DNA from: Chitinophagaceae bacterium
GTDB taxonomy: Bacteria; Bacteroidota; Bacteroidia; Chitinophagales; Chitinophagaceae
DNA length: 64,000 bases
Assembly: GCA_016786745.1 (NCBI GenBank)
Contig: JAEUVS010000006.1
Span: 3,047 to 67,046 of the forward strand
Direction of reading: 5' to 3'
Position numbers and translations under genes: made by a program. Shown piece after piece: positions 48,889-58,164 of the stretch. Under the pieces are notes generated by a model that saw only the letters and a list, made by a program, of their open reading frames with translations, had not been told where the DNA came from and searched no databases. Each line of letters starts with the position of its first letter. Position 1 is the stretch's first letter.

Positions 48889-48929
48889 ACCTAAATCCTT
48901 TTATATATAAATATTTTACTTTGCCGGCC

Positions 48930-49961
48930 ATGAAAATGAGGTTTATTCCGCGAAGGTGGATAGCGATATTCTTACATGTGGCACTGTGGTCGCTATTTAT
49001 CTTCTATCCATATATCATCAGGCATTCTTTTGGTAACCCGAATGCGGAAAGCGCGAGACTTACACACTTCGAAATTCACAACTTCATCAATAATGTCACG
49101 TGGATCATTCTCTTTTATGTGAATGCGTTTGTACTGATGCCTCTTTATTTCAACAAAAAGAAATACAGGCAGTATACGCTTGTAATCTTTGTTGCCCTTG
49201 TGGTGTTGTCGTTTGTGAACTGGCTAACATTCAGGTTGCTGCTTCCACAGTCTCAATTCAAATTGATAGGTCTGCTGATGTTCTACCTTATTCCTACATG
49301 CTTCATTCTTTTATGGAGCATAGCTTACCGCATACTGGTAGACAGGTTCAGGGAAGATAAAAGCAAAGCGGAAAAACAGGCAGAAAATCTCACCACCGAG
49401 CTTGCATTTCTACGGTCGCAGGTGAGCCCGCATTTCATGTTCAATGTAATGAACAACATGGTGGCGCTCGCACGTAAGAAGTCGGAATTGCTCGAGCCGT
49501 CGCTCATAAAATTATCTTCGCTACTTCGGTATATGCTTTATGAAACCGATGAAGAGAAAGTGTCGTTGCAGAAGGAAATCGAATATCTGCAAAGTTATAT
49601 TGCGCTGCAGAAGCAGCGGTTTGCCGAAAATGTGCTGATTAATGTGTCGCTCGATAGCATAGATGGTAACCTCCAGATTCACCCTATGCTGCTGATTCCT
49701 TTCGTTGAAAACGCTTTCAAGCATGGTAGCGGAATGTTTACACCTGAAATAAATGTTGATCTGAAAACGAACGATGGCAGATTGTTCCTGGAGGTAAGCA
49801 ACTGGTATGCGGAAAATGGTGAAGTTAAAGACAAATCTTCCGGAATAGGGTTGGTGAACGTTACGAGAAGATTAAATTTACTTTATGGCGCTAACCATAA
49901 ATTGGATATCAGCAGGAACGCAAACAGGTTTACAGTTAAACTGGAAATAGTGTTGGTATGA
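48930..49961 (+). CDS. LytS/YehU-type sensor histidine kinase
   Basis: N-terminal multi-TM region. SQVSPHFMFNVMNNM (His_kinase H-box) and GIGLVNVTRRLNLLYG (ATPase G-box). The ATG at 48930 is preferred over the TTG at 48921. Confidence 0.9.
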   Translation: MKMRFIPRRWIAIFLHVALWSLFIFYPYIIRHSFGNPNAESARLTHFEIHNFINNVTWIILFYVNAFVLMPLYFNKKKYRQYTLVIFVALVVLSFVNWLTFRLLLPQSQFKLIGLLMFYLIPTCFILLWSIAYRILVDRFREDKSKAEKQAENLTTELAFLRSQVSPHFMFNVMNNMVALARKKSELLEPSLIKLSSLLRYMLYETDEEKVSLQKEIEYLQSYIALQKQRFAENVLINVSLDSIDGNLQIHPMLLIPFVENAFKHGSGMFTPEINVDLKTNDGRLFLEVSNWYAENGEVKDKSSGIGLVNVTRRLNLLYGANHKLDISRNANRFTVKLEIVLV

Positions 49962-50686
49962 TCAACTGCATCGCAATAGATGATGAACCGTTGGCGCTGG
50001 AGCTGCTGGAAGATAATATCCGCCAGGTGCCGTATCTGAACCTGGTGGACAAATTTTCTAATGCGATCGATGCATTACGATTACTGAAAGAGACGAGTAT
50101 CGATCTTGTTTTTCTTGATATACAGATGCCTGGGTTAACAGGGTTACAATTCATACAAAGTTTAACGACGCGGCCCATGTTTATCCTTGTAACGGCTTAT
50201 GAAAAATTTGCCCTGGAGGGGTTTAACCTGAATGTGGTTGATTATCTCGTGAAGCCGGTTTCGCTGGATCGTTTTATTCGAGCCTGCAACAAAGCGCAGG
50301 AGTTATATGAGTTAAGAAAAGGTGGTGACACTGGTGATGGAGAAAAAAAGTATGAGGGGGATTATTTTTTTATCAATGTTGATTACAGTCTTGTAAAAGT
50401 GATGTATTCAAACATCATTTACATAGAGGGCCTGAAAGATTACACCAAAATTTATTTGAGTGATAATTCAAAGCCTGTTGTTGCGCGGTTGAGTATGAAA
50501 TCGCTTGAAGATGAGCTGCCGGATGCTATGTTTTTAAGAATTCACAAATCGTATATTATTTCGAAAAACTTTATTGCGTCTGTAAAGAAAAGTTCCGTTC
50601 TGCTGAGTAACAAAACCGAACTGCCCGTCGGCGACAACTACAAGGAACGCATCGAACAGATGGTTCGCAGGAAGAAATTTGATTGA
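49958..50686 (+). CDS. LytTR-family response regulator
   Basis: Receiver domain (IAIDDEPLALELL, FLDIQMPGLTG) and a C-terminal LytTR domain (IYIEGLKDYTKIYL...FLRIHKSYIIS). 4-nt overlap with the kinase gene. Confidence 0.93.
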   Translation: MINCIAIDDEPLALELLEDNIRQVPYLNLVDKFSNAIDALRLLKETSIDLVFLDIQMPGLTGLQFIQSLTTRPMFILVTAYEKFALEGFNLNVVDYLVKPVSLDRFIRACNKAQELYELRKGGDTGDGEKKYEGDYFFINVDYSLVKVMYSNIIYIEGLKDYTKIYLSDNSKPVVARLSMKSLEDELPDAMFLRIHKSYIISKNFIASVKKSSVLLSNKTELPVGDNYKERIEQMVRRKKFD

Positions 50687-50863
50687 ACTGGTCATTTTGG
50701 AGCCTTCCTGAAAAATCGGAAATTCAAAAATTAAATCTTCCGGGCACACAGATAACGCACCTGCCCCGGGTAAATATTGCCTTTAAAAAATATAGTTCCA
50801 AAAAAACTTTTCACCCGTCGCCCGGCGATAAATTCGCTGCTTCTTCTACTCAAAATCAATCGA

Positions 50864-53431
50864 ATGTTTGTACTTCACTTCAAAGACATCGACCGAACAA
50901 AACTCAATATTGCCGGCGGCAAAGGCGCGAATCTCGGTGAGCTCACAAAAATAGATGGACTCGAGGTGCCGGATGGTTTTTGTATCTCCACTGAGGCATT
51001 TGAGCAGGTAATCGAAGCAACGCCACAGGTTCAGGGATTCCTTGAAGAATTGTCGCAACTGAAGTGGGAGAACCGAAAACGGATTGCGGAACTTAGCGCA
51101 TCATTCCGCCGTGTCATCGAAGAAAGTGAGATTCCCGGGAATATACGCGAAGAAATTTTGCTGCACCTGGATGAAAAAACTGCATACGCGGTACGATCCA
51201 GCGCCACCGCAGAAGATTTACCCACAGCTTCATTTGCGGGCCAGCAGGACACGTTCCTCAACATTATCGGGAAACAATCCGTCCTGGAACATATCAGCAA
51301 ATGCTGGGCATCACTGTTTACAGAAAGAGCCATCATCTATCGCATGCAAAACGGCTTCGATCATCGCAGGGTGAGCCTGGCGGTAATCATCCAGGAAATG
51401 GTGTTCCCCCAGGTAGCGGGGATAATGTTCACTGCGGATCCCATTACTTCAAACAGAAAAGTGCTGTCGATTGACGCGAGCTTCGGGTTAGGTGAAGCTT
51501 TGGTTTCGGGTCGTGTGAATCCGGATGTTTACAAAGTGCGTGATGGCATTATCATAGATAAAAAAATATCCTCGAAAAAGTTCGCGATAAATCCGTCACA
51601 AAGTGGCGGTACAAAAGAGCACAACATAGAGCCTGACAAACAAAATCAACAGGCGCTCGCCGACAACAAAATTGTAGAACTGGAACAAACCGGCAGAAGG
51701 ATAGAGCAGCATTTTGGAAAACCGCAGGATATAGAATGGTGCCTGGTCGGTGATGTATTTTATGTCGTCCAAAGCCGCCCGGTTACAACCCTTTTTCCGA
51801 TAGCCGAAATCGCTGACGATGATTATCATGTATTTGTTTCTGTTGGCCACCAGCAGATGATGACGGATGCGATAAAACCGCTTGGAGCATCGTTCTGGCA
51901 ACTAACAGCCCGGCGACCCATGTACAGCGCCGGCGGAAGATTGTTTGTAGATATTGCAGGCGAACTTGCTTCACCTGAAAAACGGAATATTCTCATCAAT
52001 GTTCTTGGAAATGCTGATCCTCTTTTGAAAGACGCATTAAGCACCATAGTTGAACGCGGAGATTTTAAAACATCAACAGAAAAAACACATCCGCTTCCTG
52101 ATTTCAAAGCGCAGATTGAATATGATCCATCCATCGTTCCCCGCCTGGTAAAAAACAGCAAGGAGTCAATTGAAGTATTGGAAAAAAATATCCGGCAGAA
52201 GTCAGGCCCGGCATTGCCCGACTTTATTCTGGAAGATTTTAACCAGATCACAACGACCGTATCTCATCCTGAAAGTTTCGCTGTAATCATGACTTTCATG
52301 AATGCATCTTCATGGATCAACGAAAAAATGATGGAATGGTTAGGCGAGAAAAATGCGGTCGACATGATTTCTAAGTCTGTTCCCGGTAACGTCACTTCGG
52401 AGATGGGTCGCGATTTGTTAGATGTGGCAGATGTTGTTCGTCGTTATTCACAGGTTGTTGAATATTTAGAAAATGTAGAAGATGAAGATTTCCTGGAGGA
52501 ACTGCCAAACCTCCACGGGGGCAAAGAAACACGCGATGCTATCCTGTCTTTCCTCGAAAAATACGGAATGCGGTGCGCAGGTGAAATTGATATTACTAAA
52601 ACCCGGTGGAGCGAAAAGCCATCTATCCTTATTCCTACGATTCTCAGGAACGTTAAAAATTTCGAACCAGGCGCCAGTAAACAAAAATTTGAACAGGGAC
52701 TGCGGGAAGCATTATCGAAAGAAGCCGAACTACTGGAACGCCTGAGACATTTGCCCAATGGCGATCAGAAGGCCATGGAAACAAAAAAGATGATCGACCT
52801 TGTCAGAAACTTCGCCGGCTACCGGGAATACGCGAAATACCATATTGTGACGCGTTATTTCATTTATAAGAAAGCATTGCTCAAAGAAGCCGAACAACTG
52901 GTGAACGCAGGAACTATCCGCGAAAAGGAAGATATCTTTTACCTCACATTCGAAGAACTGCGCGACCTTATCCGCACAAAGAAGCCAGACTACACAATCA
53001 TAGAAAAACGCAAAGGAGATTATATAATTTTCGAAAAACTCACACCACCCCGGCTAATTACCTCCGACGGAGAAATTATTACCGGTAGGTATAAACGCGA
53101 AAACCTGCCGGCGAATGCAATCGCAGGCCTGCCTGTTTCCTCGGGAATAGTCGAAGGTAGTGCCCGCGTTATCCTCAATATGGAAGACGCTGACACAGCC
53201 GGGGGCGACATACTGGTAACCCCATTCACCGATCCAAGTTGGACGCCGTTATTCGTCTCTATCAAAGGGCTGGTAACTGAAGTTGGCGGATTAATGACCC
53301 ATGGCGCCGTAATCGCAAGAGAATACGGGCTGCCAGCAGTTGTGGGAGTGGAAAATGCAACGACCCTGATAAAAGACGGGCAACGTATTCGCATAAATGG
53401 AACGGACGGGTATATTGAGTTTATTGACTAG
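50864..53431 (+). CDS. PEP-utilising enzyme with rifampin-phosphotransferase (RPH)-like architecture
   Basis: 855 aa from MFVLHFKDIDRTKLNIAGGKGANLGEL (PPDK_N ATP-grasp). Long middle domain. C-terminal swivel-His domain (TDPSWTPLF...GGLMTHGAVIAREYGLPAVVG). Confidence 0.8.
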   Translation: MFVLHFKDIDRTKLNIAGGKGANLGELTKIDGLEVPDGFCISTEAFEQVIEATPQVQGFLEELSQLKWENRKRIAELSASFRRVIEESEIPGNIREEILLHLDEKTAYAVRSSATAEDLPTASFAGQQDTFLNIIGKQSVLEHISKCWASLFTERAIIYRMQNGFDHRRVSLAVIIQEMVFPQVAGIMFTADPITSNRKVLSIDASFGLGEALVSGRVNPDVYKVRDGIIIDKKISSKKFAINPSQSGGTKEHNIEPDKQNQQALADNKIVELEQTGRRIEQHFGKPQDIEWCLVGDVFYVVQSRPVTTLFPIAEIADDDYHVFVSVGHQQMMTDAIKPLGASFWQLTARRPMYSAGGRLFVDIAGELASPEKRNILINVLGNADPLLKDALSTIVERGDFKTSTEKTHPLPDFKAQIEYDPSIVPRLVKNSKESIEVLEKNIRQKSGPALPDFILEDFNQITTTVSHPESFAVIMTFMNASSWINEKMMEWLGEKNAVDMISKSVPGNVTSEMGRDLLDVADVVRRYSQVVEYLENVEDEDFLEELPNLHGGKETRDAILSFLEKYGMRCAGEIDITKTRWSEKPSILIPTILRNVKNFEPGASKQKFEQGLREALSKEAELLERLRHLPNGDQKAMETKKMIDLVRNFAGYREYAKYHIVTRYFIYKKALLKEAEQLVNAGTIREKEDIFYLTFEELRDLIRTKKPDYTIIEKRKGDYIIFEKLTPPRLITSDGEIITGRYKRENLPANAIAGLPVSSGIVEGSARVILNMEDADTAGGDILVTPFTDPSWTPLFVSIKGLVTEVGGLMTHGAVIAREYGLPAVVGVENATTLIKDGQRIRINGTDGYIEFID

Positions 53432-53464
53432 CTTTCTCCTACTTTCGTGGTGCTTAAACTTTTT

Positions 53465-54379
53465 ATGCTCGACATCGTTATTGAAGCCAGGAGCGCAGCC
53501 ATCAGTGCCGCAGTTAAAGTAAAACGCATTCTTCCATTTCGTTTGCGCAGGATGGTGGGACCTTTCATCTTCCTCGACCATGCAGGACCCATAGAAAACG
53601 CACCCGCACGGCCATCCGACCTGGATGTTCTTCCGCATCCTCATATCGGTCTTTCAACAGTCAGTTATTTGTTTGGTGGACAGGTAACACATCGCGACAG
53701 CCTCGGGGTAGAACAAATTATCCGGCCCGGTGAAGTAAACTGGATGACCGCGGGCAAAGGCATTGCACATTCAGAAAGGTTCGAAGATCCTTCAGCGCTT
53801 GCCGGCGGACTGGAGATGATTCAAACATGGGTCGCGCTCCCTGAAAAAGAGGAAGAAGCAGCTCCTTCTTTCAATAATTACAAACCTGAACAGCTGCCTG
53901 TATTCACAGACAAAGGTGTCTGGATGCGATTGATAGCCGGCGACGCATATGGACTAAGGAATAATGTAAAAACACTTTCACCACTATTTTACCTGCACGT
54001 CGTTTTGAAAAAGGGCGCAACTTTCGGTCTTCCGAAAGAACACTCCGAAAGGGGCCTTTACATTGTAAAAGGCATGATAGAAGTTGGTGGAACAAAGTAC
54101 GATGCCGAAAAAATGCTCGTATTCACCAAAGGTGTCGACCCATTACTTACTGCAGTAGAAGATACCACGTTGTTATTGCTGGGTGGCGAGCCATTAGGTG
54201 ACCGTTTTATCTGGTGGAACTTTGTTTCATCGCGCAGCGAACGTATTGAACAGGCAAAAGAAGATTGGAAACAGGGACGGATCATATTGCCACCCAACGA
54301 TAATAAAGAATTTATTCCACTCCCCGACGATAATTCAAAACCCGCTGGTGGCGCACCAAAGCCCGAACCGCTGTCGTAA
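53465..54379 (+). CDS. pirin family protein
   Basis: RMVGPFIFLDHAGP and HPHIGLSTVSY cupin metal motifs. The ATG at 53465 is preferred. Confidence 0.9.
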   Translation: MLDIVIEARSAAISAAVKVKRILPFRLRRMVGPFIFLDHAGPIENAPARPSDLDVLPHPHIGLSTVSYLFGGQVTHRDSLGVEQIIRPGEVNWMTAGKGIAHSERFEDPSALAGGLEMIQTWVALPEKEEEAAPSFNNYKPEQLPVFTDKGVWMRLIAGDAYGLRNNVKTLSPLFYLHVVLKKGATFGLPKEHSERGLYIVKGMIEVGGTKYDAEKMLVFTKGVDPLLTAVEDTTLLLLGGEPLGDRFIWWNFVSSRSERIEQAKEDWKQGRIILPPNDNKEFIPLPDDNSKPAGGAPKPEPLS

Positions 54380-54390
54380 ATTGTTCCCTT

Positions 54391-54828
54391 ATGTCAGTAT
54401 TTGAAAAGCAGGCTTCCATACGTTGGGCCGACCTCGATCCGAATTTCCATCTTCGTCATAGTGTTTACTACGACCTGGCTGCGGAACAGCGTGTCGAGCT
54501 ACTTGAATTGAACGGACTCACGCTTCATTACATGAAAGAGAATCATATCGGTCCGATTATCTTCAGGGAGGAATGTATCTTCAGAAGGGAAATAAAATCA
54601 GGCGACCCAGTGATGATGAGCGTTCGCGTAGCGAAAATGAAACCGGATGCATCGAAGTGGACGATCCGTCATATTTTTTCAGGACCGAATGATAAGTTAC
54701 TCGCGACCCTTACTGTTGAAGGATCGTGGATGGATACAAAACTCCGCAAACTCGCCTCTCCTATTCCTCAACTAATCACAGAAGTATTCTCGAAATTTCC
54801 AACGACGGAAGATTTTACGTTGATATAG
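54391..54828 (+). CDS. hotdog-fold acyl-CoA thioesterase (4HBT/YbgC-like)
   Basis: 145 aa. IRWADLDPNFHLRHSVYYDL pattern. Confidence 0.75.
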   Translation: MSVFEKQASIRWADLDPNFHLRHSVYYDLAAEQRVELLELNGLTLHYMKENHIGPIIFREECIFRREIKSGDPVMMSVRVAKMKPDASKWTIRHIFSGPNDKLLATLTVEGSWMDTKLRKLASPIPQLITEVFSKFPTTEDFTLI

Positions 54829-55102
54829 CGCTATCCGAAGTTTTCTTTTTATACTTCAGCGCAAATATTACATTCAGCGAATTGACAAGAAATGAAAATC
54901 CGTTTGTGAAAATAATCGGCGGATCATTCTTCAATAGGCCATACCATATCCAGCACGCGAGGCCAACCAGTAACACAATGAGCATTGCCAGCGAAATATT
55001 TTCGCTGTTCTTTTCCTGAATTAATTTAATCAACTGGGGTAGCATTGAAACACCTGTACAAACGCCGGCTGCTATTCCTATAAGTTGCGAATACTGTTCC
55101 AT
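54815..55102 (-). CDS. SemiSWEET / PQ-loop transporter
   Basis: 95 aa, 3 TM segments, PQ motif (SMLPQLIKLI). Overlaps the thioesterase 3' end by 14 nt. Confidence 0.85.
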   Translation of the reverse strand: MEQYSQLIGIAAGVCTGVSMLPQLIKLIQEKNSENISLAMLIVLLVGLACWIWYGLLKNDPPIIFTNGFSFLVNSLNVIFALKYKKKTSDSAIST

Positions 55103-55147
55103 AGGCTAAACAAAGCAGTGTAGCAATTAAAATTTTTATGCCAATGG

Positions 55148-55236
55148 CCCCTCACGCTCGCTTCGCTCGGTTCGGGATGACGTCAGGGTCGTTACTGTCA
55201 TCCCGAACCCCTGCCGAAGGCAGGGTGTGAGGGATC
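55148..55236. repeat. complete REP-like palindromic element with a 15-nt loop
   Basis: CCCCTCACGCTCGCTTCGCTCGGTTCGGGATGAC-N15-GTCATCCCGAAC...GTGTGAGGGATC. It lies in the divergent SemiSWEET/sugE intergenic region. Confidence 0.9.
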
Positions 55237-55305
55237 AGCCGGGAAGCAAAATTTCAAACTGAGACACTACCAAAAATTTTAAGTTTGCGACTTCAACTAT
55301 TTATC

Positions 55306-55629
55306 ATGAACTGGATTATCCTGATTATAGCCGGGCTCTTTGAAGTGGCATTCGCATCGTGTTTAGGCAAAGCGAAACAAAGCAGCGGAAACGAAGCAGT
55401 GATGTGGTACGCAGGATTCGTTGTATCGCTGGCGATAAGTATGATCCTGCTGGTAAAAGCGTCACAAACATTACCGATGGGAACGTCATATGCCGTATGG
55501 ACGGGCATTGGCGCCGTTGGTACCGTGCTTATGGGAATTCTGTTTTTTAAGGAACCGGCTGATTTCTGGAGAATATTTTTTATCTGTACGCTGATCTCCT
55601 CGATCATCGGTTTGAAAGCCGTGTCGTAA
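55306..55629 (+). CDS. sugE: SMR-family transporter (SugE/Gdx type)
   Basis: 107 aa from MNWIILIIAGLFEVAFA (conserved membrane Glu). 4 TM segments. Confidence 0.9.
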   Translation: MNWIILIIAGLFEVAFASCLGKAKQSSGNEAVMWYAGFVVSLAISMILLVKASQTLPMGTSYAVWTGIGAVGTVLMGILFFKEPADFWRIFFICTLISSIIGLKAVS

Positions 55630-55630
55630 A

Positions 55631-56821
55631 TCACACGACTTTTTCAATAATTTTTCCTGTTTGTTTATTTTTCAGGATGAGTTTTTTCTCGCCGTAGTGG
55701 GTGACTTCTTCTTTTACCAGGTAATGATCTTTGTCGTATTCTGTGAGGTTGCTCACTTTCGACACACCTGTTTTGCCTCTCCATATTTCAAGGTTCACCG
55801 GCTCCCATTTTTTTGATGCAGCTGATTTATACGCGGCATCCATGATAACGTTGCAGAAATATCCGTCGTAGAAAGTTTCACGCGGTTGGCGGCCCTCTTC
55901 AAAGCTTCTGAACATGTCGGTGAACATGTGATTGTAACCGAGATCATTTACCTCGTCACCCACTGGAAACAGCCATCCGGCGTTGCTTTCTGCCTTTTCT
56001 GCAACATATGCCGTTCCCTTGCCAGTGCTAAACATTTCAAAGCCTGTACGAAGGAAGTTGTTTACCCATATCGTTCCTTCTGTGCCCATTACTTCTTCAC
56101 GCAGGTCCATTCCTCCCCTGAATATCCAGCTTACTTCAAATTGTGCGATAGCGCCGTTTTCATATTTGATAAGTGCGATTGCATGGTCTTCCGCTTCTAT
56201 CGGTTTTACCTGTGTATCGGCCCAGCACATTACTTCGACAGGTTTGATATCTTTTCCAATATAACTTCTTGTGATTTCTATGCAATGGCAACCGAGATCA
56301 AGTATGCAACCACCGCCTGCGTATTCTTTGTTCCAGAACCAGTCGCTGTGCGGGCCGGGATGCGCTTCGCGGGATTTTGCCCATAACACACGGCCTATTG
56401 CGCCGTTTTCTACCTCCTTTATGGCTTTCAGGCATTTTGGTGAATACACAAGATCCTCGAGATAACCGTTGAAGATTCCTGCTTTTTCTACCGCTTCAAG
56501 CATTCGTTTGGCCTCGGCTGCGTTACGTGCAAGTGGCTTGGTGCTGATTACTGCTTTTTTATGTTTGCAGCATAGCATTACTGCTTCTTCGTGCAGGTTG
56601 TTTGGAAGAGCGATACAAACGATGGTTACTTCCGGGTTGGAAATGGATTCCTCCATGTTCGTGGTGAAATGGGGAACGTTATAGTCTCCTGCGAATTTTT
56701 TTGCGCTTTCTTCTTTTCTTGAATAGATGCTTACGATTTTATCTTTGCTTCTTTGGCCCTGCAAGGAGTCTGCGTAAAATCGTCCGATGAAACCGGAACC
56801 CAGCATTGCGATCTTCTGCAT
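55631..56821 (-). CDS. Gfo/Idh/MocA family oxidoreductase
   Basis: IAMLGSGFIGRFY Rossmann start and the EKP-like motif region (STKPLA). Confidence 0.88.
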   Translation of the reverse strand: MQKIAMLGSGFIGRFYADSLQGQRSKDKIVSIYSRKEESAKKFAGDYNVPHFTTNMEESISNPEVTIVCIALPNNLHEEAVMLCCKHKKAVISTKPLARNAAEAKRMLEAVEKAGIFNGYLEDLVYSPKCLKAIKEVENGAIGRVLWAKSREAHPGPHSDWFWNKEYAGGGCILDLGCHCIEITRSYIGKDIKPVEVMCWADTQVKPIEAEDHAIALIKYENGAIAQFEVSWIFRGGMDLREEVMGTEGTIWVNNFLRTGFEMFSTGKGTAYVAEKAESNAGWLFPVGDEVNDLGYNHMFTDMFRSFEEGRQPRETFYDGYFCNVIMDAAYKSAASKKWEPVNLEIWRGKTGVSKVSNLTEYDKDHYLVKEEVTHYGEKKLILKNKQTGKIIEKVV

Positions 56822-56861
56822 AGTATGATGTTATATTTTTATTCTTTTATTTTTTATTTTT

Positions 56862-58073
56862 CTATTTCTTTTCTGCGATTGTTGTCGTTTTTTTCTCTCT
56901 AAAAAATAAAATAAACAAAATCAACACTCCAATCGCTATATAAGCCGGCACCGACCAAATCTTCAACCAATCATGATTTCCATCGGAAATTTTATAGTAA
57001 TCGGCTACAAATCCTGAAAACCACGTACCGATAAACATACCCACTCCATATGTCGCAAACGTAAAAAGTCCCTGCGCTGAATTCTTTATTTTTTCACCTG
57101 CTTTCTTTTCAGTGTACATATAACCGGTAACAAAGAAGAAATCATAACAAATACCATGTAAAATAATACCCGCATACAATAGCCATAAATTACTTCCCAC
57201 ATCGCCGTTGCCGAAAGCAAAATACCTCAAAGCCCATGCGCCCATCCCAAGTATCAGCATATTCTTTACTCCAATGCGGTTAAATAAAAACGGGATCGCA
57301 AGAATAAACACCGCTTCGGATATTTGTCCGAAGATCATTTTACCCGCAGCATCTTCCATTCCTTTTTCCACTAAAAACAAGTTCGCAAAGCCGTAGTAAA
57401 ACGCGAGCGGAATACAAATTAAAATCGCTGAGATAAAAAATACCAGGTAAGATTTATTTTTGAAAAGAACGATTGCTTCGGCCCCAATTGACTTCCCGAA
57501 TGAAGCAGATTCCGCAGTTTTTGCCTTCGGTGGAGTGTTAGGTAGTGAAAAACTATACAAACCATATATCGCCGAAACAACGGCCGCAAGCATAAAAGTG
57601 TTTGGTGTTTTTTCCCAGCCGGTCTGCCCGATCAGGAAGCCCGCCGCTATCCATCCAAGCGTTCCAAATACCCTGATACCGGGAAACTGTTTTCCGGGGT
57701 CGGTCATCTGGCTGAACGCAACGTTATTCGACAACGCGATTGTGGGCATGTATAAAAGTGAATACAGCATGATGATCCAATAGAATAATGTGTTGTCGGA
57801 AATCTGTATAGCCAGGTATAAAAGCACCGCACCAACGAGATGTAGGGCCCCCATCAGCTTCTGCGCCGAAAAATACCGGTCGGCTATCATACCCACAAAA
57901 AAAGGCGAAATCATAGTCGCGATAGCGAGCGCGCTGTATGCGGCACCAATCTGGATATCGGACGATTGCAGGTGTACCGACATGTAAGTACCCATGGTAA
58001 CATACCATGCGCCCCACACGAAATATTCAAGAAACATCATTATGGAAAGCTGCGCACCCGTTTTTGCATTCAT
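56862..58073 (-). CDS. MFS transporter, nucleoside:H+ symporter (NHS) family
   Basis: 403 aa, 12 TM segments. N-terminal LSIMMFLEYFVWGAWYVTMGTYM is typical of NupG/XapB-like proteins. Confidence 0.85.
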   Translation of the reverse strand: MNAKTGAQLSIMMFLEYFVWGAWYVTMGTYMSVHLQSSDIQIGAAYSALAIATMISPFFVGMIADRYFSAQKLMGALHLVGAVLLYLAIQISDNTLFYWIIMLYSLLYMPTIALSNNVAFSQMTDPGKQFPGIRVFGTLGWIAAGFLIGQTGWEKTPNTFMLAAVVSAIYGLYSFSLPNTPPKAKTAESASFGKSIGAEAIVLFKNKSYLVFFISAILICIPLAFYYGFANLFLVEKGMEDAAGKMIFGQISEAVFILAIPFLFNRIGVKNMLILGMGAWALRYFAFGNGDVGSNLWLLYAGIILHGICYDFFFVTGYMYTEKKAGEKIKNSAQGLFTFATYGVGMFIGTWFSGFVADYYKISDGNHDWLKIWSVPAYIAIGVLILFILFFREKKTTTIAEKK

Positions 58074-58164
58074 AGTGAAAGTTTATATGGTTTTCAAATA
58101 TACGGTTTCACTATTCAGCTTTGAACTTTTAGTGTTCATCAAACTTCCTTTATTTTTGACCCTC

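Noticed and set aside
55103-55305. Known riboswitches in expected places: guanidine upstream of sugE, cobalamin upstream of the receptor (48754-48929), FMN upstream of ribH (10161-10306).
   Set aside because: I could not find the conserved cores by eye (ACGR tetraloops / ykkC core, B12 box GCCACTG with GGGAA...GGTG, FMN AGGGCGGGG... pattern). This needs a covariance-model scan to be definitive.
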